Assembly: GCA_001768195.1 (NCBI GenBank)
Contig: MENI01000052.1
Coordinates: forward strand, 235 to 64,234
DNA from: Bacteroidetes bacterium GWA2_40_15
GTDB taxonomy: Bacteria; Bacteroidota; Bacteroidia; Bacteroidales; VadinHA17
Length of the DNA stretch: 64,000 nt
Direction: 5' to 3'
In this document: positions 1 through 10,944 of the stretch, in pieces
How the letters are laid out: the number at the start of each line of letters is the position of its first letter
Position numbering within the stretch: position 1 is the first letter of the stretch
Position numbers and translations under genes: made by a program
The notes under the pieces: generated by a model
What the model was told of the DNA's origin: nothing
The model's database searches: none
Seen by the model: the letters and a program-made list of their open reading frames with translations, nothing else

Positions 1-819
1 ACAAAACTCAAAATGCAGGTCGGTGTACAGGGTATGTCGGATGATTCGTATGAAACTGCGCATAAAATGATTCAGGAAGGGGCGCTTGGGAAAGTTGTCA
101 TGGCTCATATTGATTACTCCAGGAATTATCCTGATGATTTCTGGGCATACCCAATCGATGCAGATGCCAAACCCGGGATAAATCTCGACTGGGAAGCCTG
201 GCTTGGTCCTGCACCAAAACGCCCCTGGGACCCAAGAAGATATTTTCAGTGGAGACGGTACTGGGATTACTCAGGTGGAATTGCAACAGATTTATTTATT
301 CATCGTGTGACCAGGATCATTAAATCGGTGGGATTAAAATTCCCGGATTATGTTGTCGCGACCGGAGGCACCTGGAATTTTGTAAACAGTGTGGCCGAGA
401 TACCTGATACTTTTAACATGATGCTGGACTATCCGGAAAAGACCACTGTAATGGTAGTTTCATCACTGGCAAATGATATGCCGATCAGGCACGTGATCAG
501 AGGGCACAAGGCAACACTGGAATTTACGAAAGAAGGGTTTACAATAACGCCACAGGAACAATCAGAAATGGCTACCATAAGCGGTACAGGTGAGGCTCTG
601 AAAGGAGCCAAACAGTTTACCCATAAGAAAACCGGTGCCGAAGACGTAACCCTGCACCACAGGAATTTACAATCTGCGATCAGGAAAAACGAAGCCCTTA
701 ATTGTGACCAAAACCTTGGTTTCTATGGTGTTGTAGCATGTATGATGGGAGTTGAATCATTTCGTAGCAGGAAATATCTGAAATGGGACCATCAGAGTAA
801 AAGGGTTATTGAAAGCTGA
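1..819 (+). CDS. Gfo/Idh/MocA family oxidoreductase, C-terminal part (5' truncated by window edge)
   Basis: Frame open from base 1; [19 protein letters not shown] and [18 protein letters not shown] motifs typical of Bacteroidota Gfo/Idh/MocA proteins. Confidence 0.85.
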   Translation, partial: TKLKMQVGVQGMSDDSYETAHKMIQEGALGKVVMAHIDYSRNYPDDFWAYPIDADAKPGINLDWEAWLGPAPKRPWDPRRYFQWRRYWDYSGGIATDLFIHRVTRIIKSVGLKFPDYVVATGGTWNFVNSVAEIPDTFNMMLDYPEKTTVMVVSSLANDMPIRHVIRGHKATLEFTKEGFTITPQEQSEMATISGTGEALKGAKQFTHKKTGAEDVTLHHRNLQSAIRKNEALNCDQNLGFYGVVACMMGVESFRSRKYLKWDHQSKRVIES

Positions 820-856
820 TTATCCAGGCGTGATTTTCTGGTATAAATTCAGATAT

Positions 857-1546
857 TCAGAGTTTTTGTAAGAATTCAGCCAGTTTAAAAAGATCTTCTT
901 TGGAATCAAATTTTACTTTATTGGTTTTCAGATATGATTTTATTGTCTTTTTACTTCCAGGATATAAGTCCAGAACATTTTTCCTGTTAAACAACCGAAA
1001 ATCATTCTCAGTAAGCTTTATATAGTAACGAATTGTCTTTTTGAAAACTATATCCTTATCTGCTGTAAGCTTATAAAAATTACCATCGGCAGGCAATGAA
1101 GAGTAAGATGAGGATGCACCTCCGGAACTTGCGGTTCCGTATGGATCCTTTTTCTGTATCTCCTTGAGGTCTATGAACTGTTTCTGTCCTATCCCGGGAG
1201 AGCCGCTTCTGATCAACTCAATATAGCCATTATCGTAATAAAATGTATCCTGTGCAATAAGTACCATCCTGACATCTTTCCTGTTGGCAATAGACAAGGT
1301 ATCATGTCTCTGGATGAACTCTATTTCTCCTGCAATGAAATTATAATTCAGATTTCTGTCAGATTGGCTTCCATTTGTGAATATTACCCTGCCCGGTATA
1401 AACTCGGAATAAAGATATCTTTCAGCAACGGTAAAATAATCAAGCAGCTTTGTTCCGGCCTTAACGACTATCAGATCATTATTCTGTGCAGATAAACTTC
1501 CGGTCAGTATCAGGGCGGTGCCTATTGTAGTTATTGTTCTTTTCAT
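857..1546 (-). CDS. Hypothetical secreted protein
   Basis: 229-aa ORF with Sec signal peptide (MKRTITTIGTALILTGSLSA-Q). Confidence 0.75.
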   Translation of the reverse strand: MKRTITTIGTALILTGSLSAQNNDLIVVKAGTKLLDYFTVAERYLYSEFIPGRVIFTNGSQSDRNLNYNFIAGEIEFIQRHDTLSIANRKDVRMVLIAQDTFYYDNGYIELIRSGSPGIGQKQFIDLKEIQKKDPYGTASSGGASSSYSSLPADGNFYKLTADKDIVFKKTIRYYIKLTENDFRLFNRKNVLDLYPGSKKTIKSYLKTNKVKFDSKEDLFKLAEFLQKL

Positions 1547-1600
1547 CCGGGAAATAAGTATTTGAGTGGTAAAATTAAGACTTATTTATTGTAAAAAAAA

Positions 1601-3457
1601 TCAATAGATACTTCTGTCGACCGGTTTGCTTCTCATGAATTCGCCACTGATTGTTCCGAACTGAAGGTAATACCAGAAGGTATTCTTTTCTGTTTTCTTC
1701 ATACTGGCTTCAATCAGCGACTTATTGCCTTTCAGATCATTCACGACCTGTGCATATCCGGAGAATCTTTTTCCTGTTTCAGGATCTGTGGATAATCCTC
1801 CCAGGTCAGGCACCGCCTTTGCAAAATTTCTGTATGCTACAATTGCTTCATCAATATGCCTGGGGAAAGAGGTGTATCCCATGGATTTCATATTTTTTAC
1901 TTCCTCTTCAACCGCAATCAGATCTTTTTCAAGCAGCAGTCGCGCCATTTTGTATTCGAAAGCTTTTCTGTTTAAATGGTTGGACTTTATAAGCTGATCA
2001 ATATTCCTTGCTTCGCCGGGAACTATGAAAAAATCGGACTGTGGCATCAGTTTTATTTTTTCTCCAAGCTCCGGATCAGCTTTTACCAGTTCAGGGTTGA
2101 AAAGGTATTTCTCATATTTTCCGGCCCAGTTCCTGTATTTCAGGGTTTTTTTGAGAACACCGAGGTATCTCTCTGCAGGCCTGAAGTTACCATTTATCAA
2201 TTCTGTCCTTATCAGCATCTTTATGTTCTCAGGAGTGTATCCATTCCGGACCATCAGTTCAAAGGCAAGATGACGGGCTTCGTTGATAAGACCTATGGTG
2301 TAGTAATAATGTATTGTCCGTGAAGCCTGTTCACGATTTCCTTCCAATGATAAAGACATTGGCCCGGAACTCTGGCGGCTGAAAAACATCCTGCTGCATA
2401 ACTGGTCTTTCTCAGACAGTGCCAGGTTGTAATAAAACTGCTCAATAATATTTGGGGCAGAATATTTCTCAATACGTAAAATTACTTTATCTGTCTGCCC
2501 GTTAATGAACATCCTCTCAGTTTTCATTATTCCTTCAAGAACCGGATTATTTTGCCATAAAAGAAACAAAACTGTTGCCGGGAAAAAAGAAAGAATTGTT
2601 ACAGGAACAAGATAACCTTCAATTCTTTTGTATCTAAGAATAACTGATAATCTGATGAATAAAGGATAGATAACAAAAAGCGAACCGGCAATTAAAAGAG
2701 GAATTGTATAAATGCTATAGTCATTGATAATCAGTGGATAATCGAGAATAGTCTTTAATGGTTGAAGAAAAAGCACTTTGTAAAACAATACCAAAGTCAG
2801 GATCGATACGGCAAGCTGGATCAACGGAAATACATACCTCTCTTTTCCATTTTCAAATAAGCCACAGTACATAAAATACATTCCCAGGTATACCAGGGCA
2901 AATGTGCCGGCTATATAGTAGAATAAAGGGAACAATAATAACAGGATAATCCGGACTTCTATTCTTTTTATAGCGATTGATGCACGAAACCAGAGAGCAA
3001 CTGAAAGAAATCCCAATGTATGAAAGATATAATAGTTGTAGTTTGCCTGACAGATTAGTAAAGCGAGAGGTAATAGAATAATAAGGAATATACCTTTGGA
3101 ATCTTTTTGCGTAAACAGGTTTAAAACAGATCTTAGAATCAAGCAGATAAGTATAAACAGAATGGAATTTACCAATGAACCGTATATAGTGCTGAAATAG
3201 CCCTGGGTGAGGAAGTTACCTGCATATACAAGCAATCCGCCGGGTCTGGATAGATACTTCGCGAGATAATCAAATGAATATATGAACAGGGAGTTGTTTT
3301 CCTGGTGGAAAAAGATGCCGTTTCCGAACCATTGAAAATATACAAAAGACAAGGCAAATAGCAGTAGAAGAGAGATTTGGGTTCCATACCCGGAAATACT
3401 CTCAGATACTTTGAGGAAACGAGGTTTTAATTGATATTCAGCCTCTTTCTTTTTCAT
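1601..3457 (-). CDS. DUF6057-like polytopic membrane protein with C-terminal helical domain
   Basis: Many N-terminal TM helices, PGGLLVYAGNFLTQ, AFEYKMARLLLEKDL and TFWYYL motifs; downstream of a TolB-like gene as in other Bacteroidales. Confidence 0.75.
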   Translation of the reverse strand: MKKKEAEYQLKPRFLKVSESISGYGTQISLLLLFALSFVYFQWFGNGIFFHQENNSLFIYSFDYLAKYLSRPGGLLVYAGNFLTQGYFSTIYGSLVNSILFILICLILRSVLNLFTQKDSKGIFLIILLPLALLICQANYNYYIFHTLGFLSVALWFRASIAIKRIEVRIILLLLFPLFYYIAGTFALVYLGMYFMYCGLFENGKERYVFPLIQLAVSILTLVLFYKVLFLQPLKTILDYPLIINDYSIYTIPLLIAGSLFVIYPLFIRLSVILRYKRIEGYLVPVTILSFFPATVLFLLWQNNPVLEGIMKTERMFINGQTDKVILRIEKYSAPNIIEQFYYNLALSEKDQLCSRMFFSRQSSGPMSLSLEGNREQASRTIHYYYTIGLINEARHLAFELMVRNGYTPENIKMLIRTELINGNFRPAERYLGVLKKTLKYRNWAGKYEKYLFNPELVKADPELGEKIKLMPQSDFFIVPGEARNIDQLIKSNHLNRKAFEYKMARLLLEKDLIAVEEEVKNMKSMGYTSFPRHIDEAIVAYRNFAKAVPDLGGLSTDPETGKRFSGYAQVVNDLKGNKSLIEASMKKTEKNTFWYYLQFGTISGEFMRSKPVDRSIY

Positions 3458-3482
3458 TATGGTTAATCTCTCTCTTTCTTTT

Positions 3483-4964
3483 TTAATTACCGATCCATTT
3501 TGCTTTCAAAGGGTCTTGCTTTGATGCTTTCATGAAATCTATAGGGCCTGTTTTTATTTTTCCGGTAACAAGTTCAGGTCTGTTAAATGTTTTGCCCAGC
3601 CTTTGATATAATGAAGGATCTTTTTGGGGCAATACAAATGGTTTGCCGACACTGTCTTCCGTACCGAAATATGCGAAATAGGGTCGGGCCGTCAGTCCGT
3701 CACCACGTTTACTGCTGAAAACAATCCATTTACCGTTTGATGACCATGAATGCCAGCTTTCGGTTTCATTACTGTTCAGATTCATCTTATCAGTTTTCAT
3801 GGTTTTCAGATTTAGAAGGTACAGGTCGGCCTCCTTATGCCAGATTGAAAATGTCCCATAATCATGGAGAGTGAATACCAGAAATTGACCATCCGGTGAA
3901 ACTGACGGGAAAGAGACTGACTTATCCTTTTCAGATGCATTAAATACAACCTCGGCGTTTCCAAAAAGTGATAAAGCTGAGTCAAATGACCTTCTGACCA
4001 GGTCGTATTTAACCCCTTTGAAGTCATATCCATCTTTAACCTGGATTGTCCTGCAATAATAAAGATAGTTGCCCTCGGGAGACCAGCAGGGGAAGGTTTC
4101 CATATACTTTACTGAATCATCCTGCGGTAACCCGGACATCCCGTTTCTTTCAACATCATATAAAAACATCGAAGAGTACATATCTGAAACTTCAATGTTT
4201 TTATCTGTATGCATATGAAAAGACTGCACCGTTTTGTTTGATGAGAAAGCCACATATTTCCCTGAAGGGTGCCATGATGGATAGACCGCATTTGCGGGCA
4301 TATTTTCTGTTCTTAAAGCAGTACGGGTGATCTTCTCTCCGTCAATAAAATATGTTCCTCCCAGAGAGCCTCGTACATGTAATAAAAATCTGTCAGACTG
4401 ATTTTGTTTAAATGAATGGCAGTTAACGCAATTATCCTTAAGCAGCTGATTTTCAAATATAGATGTCTCTCTGAAATCTTCTGTTGACCTCTGGACTATT
4501 TTCATTTCGACCCATGACTCATAGCCGGGATAGAGTAACCGGTAGCAGAGATATGGGTCCAGCGGTTCATTGGCAACTCTCATGATTACCGGATCATATT
4601 TCTGAAGTTTTTTCTCTTTATCTACCGATATAATATCGATTTCAATATTTCCCTCCTGACTTTCTGCAAGTAATTTTTTCCATAATTTCAGGGGAAATTG
4701 AACGGTTCCATCAGAAGATTTTATGATAAAACTGGTTCCTGCTAAAGAGACGGCTCTGACTAAAAACGAGGTTCCCTCTTCCAAAATTATAAAATTCATC
4801 GGCGCAATATTCTTTGGTATGGTGACACCTGAATAATCCGGCTCAATTACAGGTTCGCGTCCTGTTGATGCGATGTTTTCATATACAGCTTCTTTACAGC
4901 CGCTGAAGAAGATTAATATTAAAATTATTAAAACTAAACCAGAAAACTGTTTAATGGGATTCAT
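3483..4964 (-). CDS. TolB-like/PD40 beta-propeller lipoprotein with a CxxCH motif
   Basis: Lipobox FFSG-C; repeats YPSWHPSGKYVAFS, FPCWSPEG, FPSVSPDGQFLVF, WHSWSSNGKWIVFSS; CVNCH. Confidence 0.8.
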   Translation of the reverse strand: MNPIKQFSGLVLIILILIFFSGCKEAVYENIASTGREPVIEPDYSGVTIPKNIAPMNFIILEEGTSFLVRAVSLAGTSFIIKSSDGTVQFPLKLWKKLLAESQEGNIEIDIISVDKEKKLQKYDPVIMRVANEPLDPYLCYRLLYPGYESWVEMKIVQRSTEDFRETSIFENQLLKDNCVNCHSFKQNQSDRFLLHVRGSLGGTYFIDGEKITRTALRTENMPANAVYPSWHPSGKYVAFSSNKTVQSFHMHTDKNIEVSDMYSSMFLYDVERNGMSGLPQDDSVKYMETFPCWSPEGNYLYYCRTIQVKDGYDFKGVKYDLVRRSFDSALSLFGNAEVVFNASEKDKSVSFPSVSPDGQFLVFTLHDYGTFSIWHKEADLYLLNLKTMKTDKMNLNSNETESWHSWSSNGKWIVFSSKRGDGLTARPYFAYFGTEDSVGKPFVLPQKDPSLYQRLGKTFNRPELVTGKIKTGPIDFMKASKQDPLKAKWIGN

Positions 4965-5039
4965 CTTTTGATTTTTTCAGTTGTAGGGCTGAAATCTGTA
5001 TTTTTTTAAATCATAATAGACATTTCTATTATTCAATCT

Positions 5040-6227
5040 CTATTTTAAGATCTGACCAGCAGCCAGTAACACCATTCCCGGAATATATCCATGATAACCC
5101 GTATCCATAACCAGCTGCTTCTGTTCAGCTGGTATTGCCCAGCCTGTGTAGGCATTCTTGACTTTACCATCCTCCGATACACAACCGGAAATAAAGCTCC
5201 AGGCTTTTTGAACATAATCAGTGTAGCTTTTTGATATCCACCCTTTATCCATTGCTTCCTGGATGCATCCTGCAGTCATAGCTGTTGAGGTAACCTCTTC
5301 AGGAGATGTCGGGTCATCAACCCATACGTGTAGTCCTCCATTAGGGCCCTGGTGAGCCACCAATCCATCTGCAATCTGAGAAAATGTTTCAGTAATAAAC
5401 TTATAATCCTGGTGATCTTCTGGTAAATGTCTCAATAAAGCTGTCAGAGTATATACCATCCATCCTGAAGCCCTGCACCAATATGTTTTACCTGGTTCTC
5501 TTTGTTCCAGATATATAGTCCTGGTCAACTTTTTTTCGGTATCAAAAAAGAGGTTAATCGACGTTTTGGCCTGGAAAACGGCGTTCTTCAAATACACCTT
5601 TGATGTACTTTCGTCAACAAGGGCTGATGCATCTGCCATGGCCCGAACTGAAAAATATCCTCCGTCAGGGATACACCATTTATGATAATCGTTATCATCA
5701 TGCGCCATATAACCAAACCTGTCGCGTGCAGTATAGTGTAGAATAGCGTCTGCTACCGAGAGGCATACTCTCTTTGCATCTGCGTTTTTTATTTGCTGAT
5801 ACAATACATAGCATGGAAATGACACACCTAATGTACCTGCATAAAGTGAAAAAGGGAGTACCCCATCTCTTATAATTCTGGCTTTGTTGCCCGAGTAAGT
5901 TTTCAGGTACTCTTCATCACTCAGTTTATTATCATGATCGATATGGTAGTTAAGCCAGTTTTCAACATACTGAATACCTTCAGGATACCCCTTCTCTGCC
6001 CATACTAATAAGGCTTCTGTCTGGATGGTGCCAAACCAATCCGTATTGAGACTTTCAAATGGTTGTTCCAGTGTTTTACTGATTAAGGCTTTTATGTTAG
6101 TTGGAATAGCTGGCTTATTTGCAGCATTTTCTGTCGTTTGACTGATCTTTTGAGGGTTGCCATTTAATATGATGCAAAAAACAGCAACGATCGTAACCAC
6201 TATTTTTTCTGTATTGCTACGCTTCAT
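5040..6227 (-). CDS. Glycoside hydrolase family 88/105-like protein
   Basis: YWCRASGW, HQGPNGGLH and EEVTSTAM resemble the WxRgxGW and E-T/S-S-x-TA motifs of GH105/GH88; signal-like N-terminus. Confidence 0.7.
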   Translation of the reverse strand: MKRSNTEKIVVTIVAVFCIILNGNPQKISQTTENAANKPAIPTNIKALISKTLEQPFESLNTDWFGTIQTEALLVWAEKGYPEGIQYVENWLNYHIDHDNKLSDEEYLKTYSGNKARIIRDGVLPFSLYAGTLGVSFPCYVLYQQIKNADAKRVCLSVADAILHYTARDRFGYMAHDDNDYHKWCIPDGGYFSVRAMADASALVDESTSKVYLKNAVFQAKTSINLFFDTEKKLTRTIYLEQREPGKTYWCRASGWMVYTLTALLRHLPEDHQDYKFITETFSQIADGLVAHQGPNGGLHVWVDDPTSPEEVTSTAMTAGCIQEAMDKGWISKSYTDYVQKAWSFISGCVSEDGKVKNAYTGWAIPAEQKQLVMDTGYHGYIPGMVLLAAGQILK

Positions 6228-6309
6228 TATATTGTTGTTTGTCTGTACATCAGTAAGCCTGCAAAAGTTTCAAAAATTCTCATATTCTGATATCTGTTCA
6301 TTAACAAGG

Positions 6310-8391
6310 TTATTGCTGTCTGATAATGGAGGCTGTTCCATCCTCTGATATGTGTATATTGAGATAAGCATATCCGAAACCATCGGCCACGGGCCTGTGA
6401 CAGTGCTTATCAATTACTTCAGTCCAGAGCAACTCAGATTGAACAGCAAATTTTAAAGGGTTCTCTTCAGACGGTTTTTTGTCCAGACGGATCATGGCAG
6501 ACATCAATGACCGTCCCGTGCTGAATGAATGATATGCAATATCTTCAAGTACAACACCCGGATTGTTAGCGTTATTAATTGGGATAACAGGGTGCCAGGT
6601 ATCTGTATCACGGGGATCATAAGCATCCGGAAGCTGAACCCATATAGAAAATATCTCGCCTGGTTCAGCCTTCCCGTTACCGTTTCCTTTGCCTTCAGAG
6701 ATCATTGCCGTGTTTAGCGGCCTGTCCCACTCATTCCATGCATATTTGAAAACCGGAAGCTCCTCTGATCTGCCGTCGAATATTTTGATCTGAACACCTT
6801 TATCAGACAATGTTCTGCTTTTCACAACAACCGGAAGAATATGTTCCCGGTCAAGTATAACACCTCCTGCTTTCATAGAGATCCTTATAAATGCCCTGTT
6901 CTCATCAGGAGAAGAGATTAAAGCTTTGCAGATCAGCATTGAATCTACTTTTGTTTTGCTTCCGGCTTGCAGCAATACGGTTGATGTATGCCTGGTGAAT
7001 GAAAGTATATCTGTGCTCTCGCTGGCAGCACTTATCTCAACAAGCTGGGCTGATCCGGAAAGATTCAGGATCTCAAATGTAAGAGGTCTTAAACAGTTGT
7101 TTTCGAGATAGATATTTTCATTAATGGTGTCAGTGAGTAAAATTACAGGCGGCTGAAGTTCTTTTCCTGTAATCCCTATTTCTTCACCTGCCCCTCCCCG
7201 GGTTGTCAGAACCAGCTTCCCGTTCCGGTCAGCCCTGGTCTTTTCTTCCCATATTTCGTTTTTCTTATATGAATAATGCACCAGCTTATACTCTTCTCCC
7301 GGAATGTATACAGGAGGTGTGAAAACAGAAATCTTAAACTCTGAAAGTGATCTCCCCCAGGGTAGTTTTTTCCTGGTATATATTCCTGCTCCGTTTTTGC
7401 TAACATTTCTCAGGTATATCCAGCCAGCTTCGTTTTTATCACTTTTTACTTCATAGCCCCATGTTTCGAATTCAGGATAGAGATTTATTGCTGAGAAGCA
7501 GGGGATAGTCTTTTTTTCAGAGCCGAACAGCCTCATGTGAAAATCAAACTGCAGGTCAACTCCTGCAGCATGATGATTGCAGAATTCCGCCATATGGTAC
7601 TCGTTATCGAAGCCGGCTCCTTTAAATGCATTATGAAGTTCTGTGGTGTAATATTTAATATAGTCGCCGGTTGTTGTTGTATGCCTGAATGGCAAAGCGC
7701 GTAAATTTCTCCATAGTTGCTGAACATCGACTGTTGTTGAATATGCAGTCTCGCCAACATCATAAAAATTCGGGGAATGACAGAACTCCGAGGCGCTGCT
7801 GAAGAGATGAGGATTGGTTGCTGCAATCCATATAGCTGTATTGCCCCCCATTGATAATCCTGATATTGCCCTGAACTGTGGTCCTTTTTTAGTGTTGTAT
7901 CTTGAGTCGACGACATCAAATAACTCCCTTATATACAGGGAGAAGTTATAATAATTGCCCTTCCAGTCTTTTGCCTGTGATGGAAAATAAACCCCGCAAC
8001 CATCTAGTCCATTGATCTTCCCATCTACACATATTATAATTACATTGTTGTTATATGTGTAATTCTCAAAGTCAGCATTACTTGAATAATCATATGCAGG
8101 ATCATGCTTTCGGCCGGTTACAGACGGGGGTGTCAATCCGAAATCTGCATAGCTGTATGTACCACTCTTTTCATAGCTGCCTCCGCATCCGTGGAAATAA
8201 TAGATCACAGGATACCTTCTGGCCTGGTTTAAAGGATTGTAATCAGGAGGTGTAAATATCCTGAACGACCTTTCTTCATTGAAAACCCTGCTGAAGTGAC
8301 TCTCATCGTTGTAAGAGAAAAGTGTCAGCGAAAAGCACAGCAGGAATATGTTCAGCAGGAAGAGCTTATAAATCATCGGGATATAATTCAA
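6310..8391 (-). CDS. Secreted alpha/beta-hydrolase esterase with long C-terminal extension
   Basis: YPVIYYFHG and RAISGLSMGG (GxSxG nucleophile); signal peptide. Confidence 0.75.
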   Translation of the reverse strand: MNYIPMIYKLFLLNIFLLCFSLTLFSYNDESHFSRVFNEERSFRIFTPPDYNPLNQARRYPVIYYFHGCGGSYEKSGTYSYADFGLTPPSVTGRKHDPAYDYSSNADFENYTYNNNVIIICVDGKINGLDGCGVYFPSQAKDWKGNYYNFSLYIRELFDVVDSRYNTKKGPQFRAISGLSMGGNTAIWIAATNPHLFSSASEFCHSPNFYDVGETAYSTTVDVQQLWRNLRALPFRHTTTTGDYIKYYTTELHNAFKGAGFDNEYHMAEFCNHHAAGVDLQFDFHMRLFGSEKKTIPCFSAINLYPEFETWGYEVKSDKNEAGWIYLRNVSKNGAGIYTRKKLPWGRSLSEFKISVFTPPVYIPGEEYKLVHYSYKKNEIWEEKTRADRNGKLVLTTRGGAGEEIGITGKELQPPVILLTDTINENIYLENNCLRPLTFEILNLSGSAQLVEISAASESTDILSFTRHTSTVLLQAGSKTKVDSMLICKALISSPDENRAFIRISMKAGGVILDREHILPVVVKSRTLSDKGVQIKIFDGRSEELPVFKYAWNEWDRPLNTAMISEGKGNGNGKAEPGEIFSIWVQLPDAYDPRDTDTWHPVIPINNANNPGVVLEDIAYHSFSTGRSLMSAMIRLDKKPSEENPLKFAVQSELLWTEVIDKHCHRPVADGFGYAYLNIHISEDGTASIIRQQ

Positions 8392-8543
8392 AAATTTTAA
8401 TTAATGGTTGAAAACCAGAATCTTTGTTAAGATACAACAAAAACTGCATCACCTGTCACCCGGAGGGTTATTTAGTTTATTTGTTTTTTGCCTTATGATG
8501 ATTAAATTGCATCCCGTTTCATATTTTAAATGTATTCCTGTAT

Positions 8544-9926
8544 ATGATTTTGATTGATAAAAACCTTAAACCCGCCGACCTTTCAAAAAAATTAAAAAGG
8601 TTCTGGCAGCTATCCGGAGAAAAAATTCATCTGATTGAAAAGCAGTATGATGAATCGAAAGGCTCACCTGTATTTACGGTAAATGGAAAATATTCAACCC
8701 GGGGCTGGACCGAATGGACACAGGGTTTTCAATATGGCTCTGCCATTCTGCATTATGATGCCACCGGAGAAGAAGACATGCTTGATTATGCCAGGAAGAA
8801 GACAATTGAAAAGATGGCCCCTCATCTAAGCCACATTGGTGTCCATGATCACGGTTTCAACAATGTAAGTACATACGGAAATCTTCTCAGGCTGATGAAA
8901 GAAGGAAAGATACCTTACGATGAATGGGAGAAGAATTTTTATGAACTTGCCCTCAAGATATCAGGCGCCGTCCAGGCTTCCCGCTGGACAACTATAAAGG
9001 AAGGAGGTTTTATTCACTCTTTCAACGGGGCACACTCACTTTTTGTAGATACCATCCGTTCATGCCGGGCCCTGACATTAAGTTACATACTCGGACATAT
9101 TTTCAAGGGAGAGGGAGATGTAAAAATAAATATGCTTGAACGGGCAATGCTCCATATGAAAGCAACAGCAAAATACTCAGTATTCTATGGTGAAGGGCGC
9201 GACAGTTTCGATGTATGGGGGAGGACAGCACATGAAAGCATTTTCAATGTAAAAGACGGCAATTTCCGCTGTCCGGGTACACAGCAGGGATACTCCGGTT
9301 TCACCACATGGACCAGGGGATTGGCCTGGGCAATGTGTGGTTTTGCTGAGCAGCTTGAATGGATTGAAACGATTAATACTGAGGAGCTTGCTCCGTTAGG
9401 GGGGAAAGAGGCTCTTAAAGCAATCTTCCTTCATGCAGCCAGGGCTACCTGCGACTTTTATATTGCCACTACCCCGGTGGATGGCGTTCCATACTGGGAT
9501 ACAGGCGCTCCCGGACTTCAGAAAATGGGTGATTACATGGACAGGAAATCTGATCCGTTCAATTCCTTTGAACCTGTTGACAGTTCTGCAGCTGCCATTG
9601 CTTCTCAGGGCTTATTGAGGCTTGGAAGATACCTCACGGATAATGTCGACCAGGAAGAAGGTAAAATCTACTGGCTGGCAGGACTTAAAGTAATTGATAC
9701 ATTGCTTGAAGAACCATATCTCAGTACAGACAAAGCTCATCAGGGTCTTCTTCTTCACACAATTTATCATCGTCCCAATGGCTGGGACCATGTACCTGAA
9801 GGAAGCAAAATACCGTACGGTGAATCGTGCATGTGGGGCGATTACCATATCCGTGAAGCATGCCTTTACCTCGACAGGATAATCAGCAACGGAAAATATT
9901 ATACCTATTTTAATTGTGTAAAATGA
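8544..9926 (+). CDS. GH88-like unsaturated glucuronyl hydrolase (no signal peptide)
   Basis: HDHGF, QGYSGFTTWTRGLAWA, VPYWD, DSSAAAIA and WGDY motifs. Confidence 0.85.
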   Translation: MILIDKNLKPADLSKKLKRFWQLSGEKIHLIEKQYDESKGSPVFTVNGKYSTRGWTEWTQGFQYGSAILHYDATGEEDMLDYARKKTIEKMAPHLSHIGVHDHGFNNVSTYGNLLRLMKEGKIPYDEWEKNFYELALKISGAVQASRWTTIKEGGFIHSFNGAHSLFVDTIRSCRALTLSYILGHIFKGEGDVKINMLERAMLHMKATAKYSVFYGEGRDSFDVWGRTAHESIFNVKDGNFRCPGTQQGYSGFTTWTRGLAWAMCGFAEQLEWIETINTEELAPLGGKEALKAIFLHAARATCDFYIATTPVDGVPYWDTGAPGLQKMGDYMDRKSDPFNSFEPVDSSAAAIASQGLLRLGRYLTDNVDQEEGKIYWLAGLKVIDTLLEEPYLSTDKAHQGLLLHTIYHRPNGWDHVPEGSKIPYGESCMWGDYHIREACLYLDRIISNGKYYTYFNCVK

Positions 9927-10756
9927 ACATCGATCCGGTAAAAGACCTTTCGCGTCTCTGTATTCATACAATCACTACAAAACCCTGGAACATTGAAGAG
10001 GCTGCAAAACACTATTCTGCTTCTGGTGTGAAAGGAATAACAGTATGGCGTGACGCACTTGCCGGCAGGAATATAAGAGAGACCGGAGATATGCTTCGGG
10101 ATAACGGACTTTCAATAGTCTCCCTTTGCCGTGGCGGATTCTTTCCCGGCACAAGCAAAGAGAAAAGAAAAGCAGCCATTGATGATAACAGAAAAGCAAT
10201 TGAAGAGGCCTTTGAACTTGGGACAGATAAGATTGTACTTGTCTGTGGTGCAGAACCTTCACAATCCTTAAAAGAGTCAAGAAAACAGATCTTTGAGGGG
10301 ATCTCTTCAATTCTCACTGATGCTAAGGCAGCAGGTGTGAAACTTGCAATTGAGCCATTGCATCCGATGTATGCCGACACCCGTTCGGCAATAAACACCC
10401 TTGCCCAGGCAAATGATATGGCTGAAAAACTTGATAGTAAGGTTGTGGGAGTGGCAGTGGATGTATATCATCTCTGGTGGGATCCTGACCTGAAAGAAGA
10501 AATTATGAGATGCGGGAAGAACAAAAACCTTCTTGCATTTCATATCTGCGACTGGAAATCACCCACAATTGACCTCCTAAACGACCGTGGCCTGATGGGG
10601 GAGGGCTGTATCCCGATCAGGAAGATAAGATCATGGGTTGAAGCAGCAGGATTTAATGGCTTTATAGAAGTTGAGATCTTCTCAAACATCTATTGGAAGC
10701 AGGATCAGAGTGAATTTTTGAAAAAAATTGTAAGTGCTTATAAAGAATTTGCATAG
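9923..10756 (+). CDS. Sugar phosphate isomerase/epimerase (AP-endonuclease 2 TIM barrel)
   Basis: AIEPLHP, VDVYH, FHICD and EVEIF metal-binding motifs; ATG at 9923 overlaps the upstream stop (ATGA). Confidence 0.85.
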   Translation: MNIDPVKDLSRLCIHTITTKPWNIEEAAKHYSASGVKGITVWRDALAGRNIRETGDMLRDNGLSIVSLCRGGFFPGTSKEKRKAAIDDNRKAIEEAFELGTDKIVLVCGAEPSQSLKESRKQIFEGISSILTDAKAAGVKLAIEPLHPMYADTRSAINTLAQANDMAEKLDSKVVGVAVDVYHLWWDPDLKEEIMRCGKNKNLLAFHICDWKSPTIDLLNDRGLMGEGCIPIRKIRSWVEAAGFNGFIEVEIFSNIYWKQDQSEFLKKIVSAYKEFA

Positions 10757-10764
10757 TTAATGTT

Positions 10765-10911
10765 AACACCCACTGCCCTCAAAGGCTTCTGAATTAAGAA
10801 TGAAGAACAAACGAACAGCAAATTAAGAAGTTATGGAGATCAGTTCTGAATTCTGATTTCGTTTGTTCAAATGTTCTTACTTCGAAAGTCCCCCCTGTGG
10901 GATTTAGGGGT
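10765..10911. repeat. Degenerate palindromic intergenic element (ACCCCTAA-type ends) with internal 11-bp inverted repeat
   Basis: Right end aaagtcccccctgtgggatttaggggt resembles the reverse complement of 50242-50298; gaacaaacgaa (10805-10815) pairs with ttcgtttgttc (10858-10868). Confidence 0.5.
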
Positions 10912-10944
10912 GAAAAAGTGTTAGAAAAAAAGCAGTATAATATT

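Noticed and set aside
10897-10944. GTG start of the oxidoreductase
   Set aside because: It lies inside a repeat; the Rossmann motif begins right after the ATG at 10945.
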